A DNA stretch of 64,000 nt, from NCBI GenBank assembly GCA_040954595.2, contig JBECUI020000031.1, positions 1 to 64,000 of the forward strand, given 5' to 3'. Origin of the DNA: Balanoglossus misakiensis (taxonomy: Eukaryota > Animalia > Hemichordata). Under the pieces are notes generated by a model that was not told the DNA's origin, did no database searches, and worked only from the letters and a program-made list of their open reading frames with translations. A program made the translations under genes and the position numbers. Shown one piece after another: positions 55,428 to 64,000 of the stretch; the first letter of the stretch is position 1; every line of letters begins with the position of its first letter.

Positions 55428-55820
55428 ATGATCACCCTACTTGCTCAGGGCACCGGTCGCCGCAAGACATCGGTTGCCCGTGTTTACATTCGGGAAGGCG
55501 AGGCGGGCATAACGATTAACGGCAAGACCTTGGAGAAGTATTTCTACCTGGGTTCTCTGCGGAATCAGGTTATGCAACCTTTAGAGGCGGTTTCAAGTGC
55601 CGGAAAGTATAACATTCATGTGAATGTTGGGGGTGGGGGCACTACCGGTCAGGCCGGTGCCGTGCGCCATGCCCTGGCCCGTGCACTCGTGGAACTGGAA
55701 GAAAGCAACCGTCCGGTCCTCAAAGCTAATGGCTACCTTACCCGGGACTCCAGGATGGTGGAGCGGAAGAAGTATGGCCGCCCTGGTGCCCGGAAAAAGT
55801 TTCAATTTTCTAAGCGTTAG
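55428..55820 (+). CDS. rpsI: 30S ribosomal protein S9
   Basis: GTGRRKTSVARV, GQAGA, ERKKYG, QFSKR. Confidence 0.98.
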   Translation: MITLLAQGTGRRKTSVARVYIREGEAGITINGKTLEKYFYLGSLRNQVMQPLEAVSSAGKYNIHVNVGGGGTTGQAGAVRHALARALVELEESNRPVLKANGYLTRDSRMVERKKYGRPGARKKFQFSKR

Positions 55821-55901
55821 CATCAAATCCCTAAAGGAAGGAAGGCCTCGGTACCTCCTTTCCAAATTCTGCCTTTCGCGCTTCCCATAGAACTTGTCAT
55901 G

Positions 55902-55944
55902 AGCATTGTGAAAAAGCTCAGGCAGAGCAGCTTTTTTACAATGC
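55902..55944. terminator. Long imperfect hairpin between convergent rpsI and thrC
   Basis: gcattgtgaaaaagct ... agcttttttacaatgc, 16-bp arms with one mismatch. Confidence 0.45.
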
Positions 55945-56144
55945 ATCGGGGAAGGACCTTATCAATATCTTGAAGCTGTAGATCAGAAAGGTTCAGAGAA
56001 GAAGCTCCGGAAACTCACCCCCTCCCCTTCAGATTGTCGAATATGGAGGCCATCAAAACTATGGTTCCAGCTCTCTGGAAGATACGGGAATCCAATTTTT
56101 CAAAAACATTCCTGTAGCTCATCAGTCCATCGGAAACGTGGGAC

Positions 56145-57434
56145 TCAAAGACTACGCAGAACCTCCACCAGCTTATTTACAGAAGGTTCTGTGACCATAG
56201 ACAAATCGGCCTTATCCTTAGTTTGGGCTATTGGAGGGGGGAGTCTTATGTCCAGTTTTAGAGTCTTATCTACGACATCTTTAAATTTGGCAGGGTGAGC
56301 TGTACCAAGGTAAAGCAGATGTTCATCTTCGTTTTCTCTTAGTCGGCAGCCACCATAATAAGCCGTCGCCGTATGGGGATCGGCAATGTAACCGCAGTCC
56401 TGGTGGAGTTCCTTCATGCCCTGAAGGGTCTGGGCATCTGAAACGCTAATGGCCGAAAGAAGTTGGGATGGCTTAAGAGAAAGCATTCTGCACAGCTGTT
56501 CAATTCTTGCCCAGTTGTTTGGCTGGCTTACATCCATGGCATTGGACAAGGTCTCCACTGTGGGTTCAGGTAACCATTGCTTATGAAGAAGATAACGGGG
56601 GACCGTATCGTTGGCATTGGTAACGGCAACAAATTTTTTAAAGCCTATACCAAGGCACCAGGCTATAAGGCCAGCCGTAAGGTTGCCGAAATTTCCCGAC
56701 GGTACGGCAACAATTGTTTTTTCCCTTACTTCCCTGGACATGAGGCTTGCTGCGGTTACGTAGTACAATACCTGAGCTAATAAGCGGCTGATGTTAATGG
56801 AATTGGCTGAATTGAGTCCAAACTCCTGTTTGTAGTCCAGGTTGTTGAAAACCTGCTTGACCATGTGCTGGCAGGCATCAAAGTCGGATTCTATGGCCAG
56901 AGCAGTAATATTTCCGCCCATGGTGGTAAACAATTTCTGCTGTAATTGCGAAATTTTTCCCCTGGGAAATAAAATGACCACCCTGATATTTTCCACATTG
57001 TAAAAAGCATTGGCCACCGCAGCTCCTGTATCGCCGGAGGTAGCTGTCAGAATGGTGGTTTTCTTACCCTGAGGGCTAAAAGCAGCTATACAGCCACTCA
57101 TGAACCTGGCTCCAAAATCTTTAAAAGCCATGGTAGGCCCATGAAACAACTCCAAGCAATGAGTATTTCTGTGAGTGTTGCTAAGTTTAATTGGAAAATT
57201 AAAGGCTTCCGCAATAATTTTTTGCAACACTGGCACATGAACCGTCCCTGCAAGCAGATGATCCATTATCGCCAAGGCCCTTGCCTTGTCATCCAATGCC
57301 AGAACTTCCTCCACGTTCTTTAAAGGAGAAATAGTTTCAGGAAAAAAGAGACCCTGTTCCTTGCCCATTCCCCTCAGCACAGCCTGAGTAAAGTCCACAT
57401 TTTCGTCGTTGGTTTTAATATTGATGAATTTCAT
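56145..57434 (-). CDS. thrC: Threonine synthase
   Basis: LELFHGPTMAFKDFG, ATSGDTG, NSANSINISRL, VPSGNFGN, TAHPAKF. Confidence 0.96.
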   Translation of the reverse strand: MKFINIKTNDENVDFTQAVLRGMGKEQGLFFPETISPLKNVEEVLALDDKARALAIMDHLLAGTVHVPVLQKIIAEAFNFPIKLSNTHRNTHCLELFHGPTMAFKDFGARFMSGCIAAFSPQGKKTTILTATSGDTGAAVANAFYNVENIRVVILFPRGKISQLQQKLFTTMGGNITALAIESDFDACQHMVKQVFNNLDYKQEFGLNSANSINISRLLAQVLYYVTAASLMSREVREKTIVAVPSGNFGNLTAGLIAWCLGIGFKKFVAVTNANDTVPRYLLHKQWLPEPTVETLSNAMDVSQPNNWARIEQLCRMLSLKPSQLLSAISVSDAQTLQGMKELHQDCGYIADPHTATAYYGGCRLRENEDEHLLYLGTAHPAKFKDVVDKTLKLDIRLPPPIAQTKDKADLSMVTEPSVNKLVEVLRSL

Positions 57435-57435
57435 G

Positions 57436-58428
57436 TTATTCCCTATCGTAAGATGTATTGATTTTCCTTGCACCTTCCTGATCAACAACACAGATATGAG
57501 AAAAGCCGTCTTTGTTTTGAAAGAACTTATCCTCCATCCATCTCTGGACTTTTCTGGCCTTGCCAAGTTCATCAAAAATAGCAAAGACCGTAGGTCCTGA
57601 ACCAGAAATACCACAGGTCAGAGCACCATTTTTCATTACCCATTTTTTTGTCATGTCAAAGTTGGCAATCAAACCTTTACGGTATGGTTCGGCAATAATA
57701 TCCTGCATAACTGCGGCTGCCAGAACTTCATTCCTGGTGTAAACCGCATGCACAAAATTGGCCAGGCTCATGCCATGCCTGAGGGTTACTTCTTTACTAT
57801 AAACCTTGGGAAGGATGGCCCTTGCTTTCAATGTGGGCATAACAGTTCCAGGGTAGGCGATCAACCAATACCAATGAGCAAAGACAGGCAAAGAATAGCT
57901 TATATCGTCACGGTGAGCCGATATAAGCTGTAAACCGCCGAAATAGGCAGGTGTGACGTTGTCATAATGAATAGAACCACTTAACTTTCCCTCAGCAATA
58001 CCCATAAGGCGCACAAGCTCCGTATAATGGAGAGAATTATTGTGAAATTCATCCAGGGCCATCAGGGCAGCAACTATAGAGCAGGCCGAAGAGCCCAGTC
58101 CTGTACCCACAGGAAGGCATTTATGAAGAATCAGTTCACAGGAAATAAATTCAATTCCCCGTCTTTCCAGCTCTTTCTTGTAAGCTTGAATACAGTAGTA
58201 AACAATATTTTCTTGGGGGTTCTTCGGTAAACACCTGGCATATTCTCCCTGGAGCGACAAGGAGATCTCATCGGCCTTTTTTATTGTCACAATATCACCC
58301 AGCAGAAGGTTATCTACGGGCTTCAGGGCAATACCCAAGGTGTCAAAACCAACGTTGACATTCCCCATACTCATAGGGGCAAAAACACGTATTAATTCAT
58401 CTTTAAAGCTAGATTTATCAAACAGCAT
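57436..58428 (-). CDS. thrB: Homoserine kinase
   Basis: GNVNVGFD, PVGTGLGSSA, HYDNV, ISGSGPT. Confidence 0.96.
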   Translation of the reverse strand: MLFDKSSFKDELIRVFAPMSMGNVNVGFDTLGIALKPVDNLLLGDIVTIKKADEISLSLQGEYARCLPKNPQENIVYYCIQAYKKELERRGIEFISCELILHKCLPVGTGLGSSACSIVAALMALDEFHNNSLHYTELVRLMGIAEGKLSGSIHYDNVTPAYFGGLQLISAHRDDISYSLPVFAHWYWLIAYPGTVMPTLKARAILPKVYSKEVTLRHGMSLANFVHAVYTRNEVLAAAVMQDIIAEPYRKGLIANFDMTKKWVMKNGALTCGISGSGPTVFAIFDELGKARKVQRWMEDKFFQNKDGFSHICVVDQEGARKINTSYDRE

Positions 58429-58543
58429 CGTTTAGTTCCAGGATCCACAAGTTTAAGTCATGCTAAGGTCTATTACAATGTCGTACCGCAATTCTTTTCC
58501 TCATCGCTTTCTCATAGTACATCTTACCATAAATTCTTTTCTC

Positions 58544-59773
58544 CTAAAGTCTACTTTTATTTTTTAAGGCTTGGCGGTTAATGCCATATTTCTGTATTCG
58601 CCAAGAAACCTGCCTGGGGCTCAGCCCTAGAGCCTGGGCCGTACGGGTAATGCTGCCCTGCTGCCGAGTAAGTTCCCCTAAGACAGCCTCATATTCCCAT
58701 AGGGCTATTTCCCGAGGAAAAGAAGGTCTGCTGTCCTGGGGAAGAAAACCTTGGATTACTTTGGGTAAACATCCCATCTCTATGCGATCAAGATGCTTAT
58801 TTTTCATTAGCTTTTGTAGCACAAAACTCAGCTCCCGGATGTTTCCTGGCCAGGAATAGTTTATTAAAGTCTTCAACGCCATGGAAGACATCACTGGTAT
58901 TCTGCGATGCTCCCAGGCGGTAATGCTTAAAAGAACATCTTCCACCAAAAGAGGAAAATCTTCCCGCCGTTCCCGAAGAGGAGGCAGATCAATAACAAAT
59001 CCCTTGGAGCCAGACCATGGCGAATGAAAATTACTATCGGAGGTTAGGATAATGCGGGGACCTTGTAGAGATGTGGAGACTGTGTCAAGTTGTTTGAAAT
59101 TCGGAGAAGAAAGCCTCTGGACCTGGGGAATGTAGAGAGTACCTTCTCCAGAAATAATGTTTCCTTTCCATAGAGAAAAAGGCATCTCGGCATAAGGGCC
59201 CATATCATGGATAATGCGGGCCAGGTATTCCTTTCCCGTACCGGCCTCCCCCCGAATAAGCAGAGGATAAGGACTGTTAGCGATAGAGGGAATAAGTTTC
59301 GCTATTTTCCGAGTCGACAAACTTAAACCCACCCAGCCAGGAATAAATCCGGCAGAGGAGTAATCCTTTCTGATCAAGTTCTGCTGAGCTGAGAAAGGCT
59401 TGAAGGGATGACTGACCAGGTATACCCACTGCCGAGCAAGAAGGTCCAGGAGCTCTCCTAAGGCAGAATCCAGAGATACACGGCTGTCCAGGATCCATTC
59501 CCCCTTGCCTTCAGGGAAATTCCGGCGAAGCTGAGAATAGGTTTTCCACATTTGAAAACCTTTACTCTCGACGGGGGAACAATTCTCGAGATTGCCAACA
59601 GTTTCTTCCCAGAGATACCCAGTTCGGGGGTCCCAATACTTGATACCGAGAAAAGGCATTCTTAAAGCCTTAATCAGTGTGTTCAGTAGCTGGCGAAGAG
59701 CCTTCCGGAGATGGGTAGACTTGCTAAGGATGTCCCAGCCTTTAGAGGCCAAGGTAATGAGATCTCGAGTCAA
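58544..59773 (-). CDS. Fis-HTH transcriptional regulator with degenerate sigma54-type AAA+ domain
   Basis: GEAGTGKE, LPPLRERRED, WPGNIREL and the HTH (TRTAQALGLSPRQVSWRIQKYGI) are present. GAFTGA, Walker B and the R-finger are absent. Confidence 0.85.
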   Translation of the reverse strand: MTRDLITLASKGWDILSKSTHLRKALRQLLNTLIKALRMPFLGIKYWDPRTGYLWEETVGNLENCSPVESKGFQMWKTYSQLRRNFPEGKGEWILDSRVSLDSALGELLDLLARQWVYLVSHPFKPFSAQQNLIRKDYSSAGFIPGWVGLSLSTRKIAKLIPSIANSPYPLLIRGEAGTGKEYLARIIHDMGPYAEMPFSLWKGNIISGEGTLYIPQVQRLSSPNFKQLDTVSTSLQGPRIILTSDSNFHSPWSGSKGFVIDLPPLRERREDFPLLVEDVLLSITAWEHRRIPVMSSMALKTLINYSWPGNIRELSFVLQKLMKNKHLDRIEMGCLPKVIQGFLPQDSRPSFPREIALWEYEAVLGELTRQQGSITRTAQALGLSPRQVSWRIQKYGINRQALKNKSRL

Positions 59774-60565
59774 GTGAGTCTAATCGGAATAGTAGTTACA
59801 AAAATCAAACTTGGGTGGCTAATCACCTATCCCCCTTCAAAGCACTTGTAAGCTCCACGGGTCTAGTCTACCTCTCCGTGTGGATAAGACCGAATAAAAT
59901 GCTATGATACCTCTAACCTATCACCTCTGTAATCGGAGTTGAGAAAGTCAAAAATCAGTAAATTTCTTTCAGAGCTTCTATCAAAATAAAGAACTTTCAA
60001 TTTATAAATAATTTCATAATACACAATAAAATAGAATTGTGGCTATGCTTCTTCTATAACTTATCCCAGAAATCTTGCTAGTCTTCATCATCCCCTTAAT
60101 TTTTTATACGGGGGGCCATGATATTGTTCTCACTCAAAGAGTTCCGAACTCCTCTACAGAGCTTCTTAGCGTTCCTAAAGCCCTCAGCAGCAAGACAATA
60201 CCGGGAACAGGCTTATAACAACACATTTAAAGCTATCCCACAATGCCATTCTGTCTCATATTTATAGAGAAGTCTACTCACATAGAGAAGGGAGTTGAGC
60301 CATAGGTGATTGAAAAAAAACAAACGTCTTAGGTTACTTGGAGCTTATAAAGTAAAAAACTGAAGAGATTGCTATTCTCCATCAAAATAATGAAGAAGAA
60401 AGGTTCCAGGCCTCTTTGTTAAGTTTTTTGAAGAGAACTTTTTCTAACAACTCAGACGGCTCTGTGACAAATCGTTTACAGAGATGGGCAGGACAGCATT
60501 AACAGAAACATAATAAGGAATAGAACCTACTTTATACCGCTGTAAGCAGCGGCATCCCGAAGAAC

Positions 60566-63083
60566 TTATTTCAATTCTTTTACAACAAAATTGACCAAAC
60601 GGTCAGGGATCGTGATAACCCTCTCAATACTCTTCCCAGCAATCCATTGTTTTAGTCTCTCTTCTTGTCGGGCTACTGCTTCCAATTGTTGAGCGGAAAC
60701 CCCTGTAGGAAGGTTGATGCGGTGGCGAATTTTCCATTTACCTGGATCACAATTTCCTTGGTTTCGTCTATTACCAAACTCTTATCCCAAGTGGGCCAGG
60801 GAGCGTAGGCTAGACTACTTTTGTGTCCCAATTTTTCCCACATTTCTTCAGCCAGATGAGGGGCATAGGGGGCTAGAAGAAGTATAAAGGGTTCCCAGAT
60901 TTCCCTCCAGCATAGAGTTTCTTTTGAAACCTCGTTGGAAAAAATCATCATTTGAGCAATGGCCGTATTGAAGCTTAGCGTTGCACTGTCTGCGCTAACC
61001 TTCTTGATGGTTTTATGCAAAATGCTGACCAAATGCCCCGGGGGGGGACCATCTTTTATTCCAGACAACTAATGTCCCACAGACGTTTCAAGAAACGATG
61101 CACCCCCATCAGACCCTGAGTTTGCCAAGGCATGGAAACGGTAAGGGGGCCCATAAACATTTCGTAAAGACGCATAGAGTCTGCCCCATAATTCTCAATG
61201 ATATCATCGGGTTAATGACATTCTTGAGACTTTTGGACATTTTAGCCATGACTTGAGTCAGTTTTTCTCCCGAGGCCTTCTCTATATATTTTTGATTTTC
61301 AAAGCTGACATTTTCTGCGGGTACCAGTGTCTTGTCGGCCCTCATATAGGCAAAGGAGGTAACCATGCCTTGATTGATTAGTCGTTGAAAAGGTTCTGAG
61401 GTGCTTACCAAACCAAGGTCATAGAGGAATTTGTGCCAAAAACGGGCATAAAAAAGATGTAGCACCGCATGTTCTGCACCTCCTACATAGAGGTCCACAG
61501 GCATCCAGTAAGATTCCTTTGAGGGATCGAACAAGGCCTCGGAATTCTGGGGATCCAAGTAACGGAGGTAATACCAACATGAACCAGCCCATTGGGGCAT
61601 GGTATTGGTTTCCCTCTTGGCAGGGCCTCCACAGCGGGGGCAGCTGCAGTTTACCCAGAAATCTATTTTAGCCAGAGGACTTTCCCCAGTGTTCGAAGGA
61701 GCGTAACCCTCCACCTCAGGTAGGAGAAGCGGAAGCTGATCTTCCGGAATGGGAACAACACCATCCTTGGGACAGTGGACTAGAGGTATAGGTTCGCCCC
61801 AGTAGCGCTGACGACTGAAAACCCAATCTCGAAGCCTGTAGTTGACGGTGTAGGTCCCAAATCCCAATTTCTCCAGCCATTCCATAATGGTTTTGATAGC
61901 CTGTTTTTTATCCATGCCGTTAATAAAATCAGAATTGCTATGGATCCCATCGCCAGTAAAGGCACCCTTCTCAACCTCGCCCCCCTGAAGAACTTCAATA
62001 ATAGGCAGATTAAATTGCTTAGCGAATTCCCAGTCTCGCTGATCATGGGCGGGTACGGCCATAATGCTTCCAGTGCCATAGGACATCAGTACATATTCAG
62101 AAATCCAGATGGGTATCTCGGCTCCGTTTGCAGGATTAATCGCATAGGATCCTGTAAAAATACCGGTTTTTCTCTTCGTTAATTTGCTACGTTCCAATTC
62201 TAACTTCGCACAAGCCTGCTTAATGTAGGTTTCTACATTGAAACGGCAATCAGCAGAAATAAGAGAAGCAACCAAGGGATGTTCCGGAGCCAAAACTACA
62301 TAGGATACTCCAAAGAGAGTATCCGGTCTGGTAGTAAAAACCTCTATGAATTTTCGGGGATTATCTCCCAAGGGAAATTTAATTAAGGCGCCCTCAGAAC
62401 GTCCTATCCAATTTTCTGCATTTGCTTGATGGAAGATGGCCAGTCCAGGTCTTCCAGATTTTCTAAAAGCCGGTCGGCATAGGCTGTAATTTTTAAAACC
62501 CATTGCCGTAGGTTACGACGCTCCACAGCCTGGCTACAGCGCTCACATTTCCCATCCCTTTACTTCCTCATTGGCCAGCCCCGTTAAACAGTTGGGACAC
62601 CAATTGATGGGCATATCGGTTTCGTAGGCCAAACCTTTTTCCCAAAGTTTAAGAAATATCCACTGGGTCCAGCGGTAGTACTCGGGAGTATGGGTCGCTA
62701 ACTTTCTATCCCAATCGTAGCTGAAACCTAAGCTTTTGATTTGTCTGGTAAACTGCTCAGTATTTTTCTCGGTAATAGTCCGGGGGTGAGAAGAGGTTTG
62801 GATGGCGTAGTTCTCTGCCGGAAGTCCAAAAGAATCGTAGCCCATAGGATGAAGAACTGTATAACCTTTCATCCGTAGGTAGCGGCAGTAAATATCTGTG
62901 GCTGTATAGCCCTTGGGATGCCCTACATGCAGTCCCGATCCCGAAGGATAGGGGAACATATCCAGAATGTACCGGCGTTTTTCCGGCGGTATGCTATTAT
63001 CCTCCACAACCCGAAAAGTTTTTTCTTCTTCCCAATGCTTTTGCCATTTTTTGTTCAATACTTTTGTAGGGATAGGAGCTCAT
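60566..63083 (-). CDS. leuS: Leucine-tRNA ligase, split by several frameshifts
   Basis: [51 protein letters not shown]. Confidence 0.95.
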
Positions 63084-63335
63084 AAGATCAGTTTAAGTAA
63101 TTCCATCGTAAAAATCAAGGACAAGGCAGTTCCAGCAGTAGTGTTTGAGTAAAAATTTTTCCTTATTAAATCAACTAATTATTATTTCCTGGGCAATTTT
63201 TTCTATGGTAATAGTGTACATAGACCTTCTTTTTCTCTACAATATTTTCTTCGGAAGTATCGCCTAAAGTAACTCGGGCGGCGCCTCCCAATTTTTCAGA
63301 GCTGATTTTTGCTGATATAATGCGTGGAGGTTTGT

Positions 63336-64000
63336 TTGGGATTTGTCACGTTCTATTCCATTATGGTTGTTATCGCCGGATCTTGGTTCTTTTTTCTTGC
63401 TCTTAGCAATGCCATCTTCTTTAAATTAAACCGAAGACGTATCTATAAAACAGATGGCCCCTTAGTCTCGGTTCTGATTCCAGCAAGAAATGAGGAAGAA
63501 ACTATCAATATTGTCCTTAAAGAATTGAGGAAACAGACCTATTCTTCCTATGAAGTGTTGGTGATTGATGATAATTCTACTGATAGTACCTGGGCTCTTC
63601 TGGAACAGGAGGCCGCCTCAGACAGCACACTGCAAATTCTTAAAGGTTCCCCCCTTCCTGAAGGCTGGAAGGGGAAACCCTACGCCATGGAACAGCTTGC
63701 CGCTGTAGCCAGAGGAGAAATACTCCTCTTTCTCGATGCCGATATGGAACCGGGTAAGGATCTTATTTCCTGGGTTGTGGGAAACCTGGATTTCCATAAG
63801 GCCGATTCCCTGTCGGGCTACCCTCATCACCGGGCCCGAAGTCTACGGGAATATATCTTTTTTCCTCTCATGTATACCGTCAATATAGGTTTTCTACCCT
63901 TTTGGTGTATAAAGAAATCTAAAACCCCCTTGTTCAGCCATGCCATTGGTCAGATTATGGCTTTTAAAAGAAGGTCTTACGAAGCAGCAGGAGGTTTCAA
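63336..64000 (+). CDS. Family 2 glycosyltransferase, truncated by window end
   Basis: VSVLIPARNEE, DDNSTD, GWKGKPYA, LFLDAD; GGAGG before TTG 63336. Confidence 0.88.
   Translation, partial: MGFVTFYSIMVVIAGSWFFFLALSNAIFFKLNRRRIYKTDGPLVSVLIPARNEEETINIVLKELRKQTYSSYEVLVIDDNSTDSTWALLEQEAASDSTLQILKGSPLPEGWKGKPYAMEQLAAVARGEILLFLDADMEPGKDLISWVVGNLDFHKADSLSGYPHHRARSLREYIFFPLMYTVNIGFLPFWCIKKSKTPLFSHAIGQIMAFKRRSYEAAGGF

Noticed and set aside
59780-60560. 780-bp AT-rich gap as an ncRNA or mobile element
   Set aside because: No recognisable RNA motif, terminal repeats or credible ORF by eye.
60566-63083. leuS (and pheT) as pseudogenes or programmed frameshifts
   Set aside because: These are essential genes with intact motifs. 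The single-base indels are best explained by long-read error.

Overview
Chromosomal window of a bacterium that is most likely a spirochaete (Spirochaetales). This is inferred from the spirochaete-style STAS/Zn-ribbon anti-anti-sigma protein, the LSSC lipoboxes and BspA-type LRR lipoproteins. Most of it is housekeeping or metabolic: MoxR-DUF58-transglutaminase/TPR, GTP-PEPCK, SNF2, oadGAB, Mrp, M16 peptidase, yejABEF-like ABC transporter, ilvC, OTCase, pheST, pyrC, hpt, purH, murA, rplM-rpsI, thrBC, leuS, a GT2, tRNA-Ala(GGC) and tRNA-Gly(GCC). Many genes, including the essential leuS and pheT, carry single-base frameshifts, often in homopolymer runs. These are probably long-read errors, so pseudogene calls are unsafe. 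The most interesting parts are: (1) 1-5.9 kb beside tRNA-Ala, a tandem array of self-contained LRR/FN3-like/GLUG surface-lipoprotein units. One copy is out of frame at a pure (ACTC)15 tract in its signal region and its paralogue has a degenerate in-frame tract. The copies differ in domain and repeat number and have REP-like hairpins between them, suggesting a contingency/antigenic-variation locus. (2) Two complementary atypical sigma54 activators, one with an intact AAA+ domain but no HTH and one with an HTH but a degenerate AAA+ domain. (3) A DnaA-box cluster after murA, with no dnaA in the window. (4) A probable AUU start for pheT. (5) A Sec-type secreted protein ending in RTX-like GGRGNDWYD nonapeptides. 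No CRISPR, reverse transcriptase, integrase or transposase was recognised.
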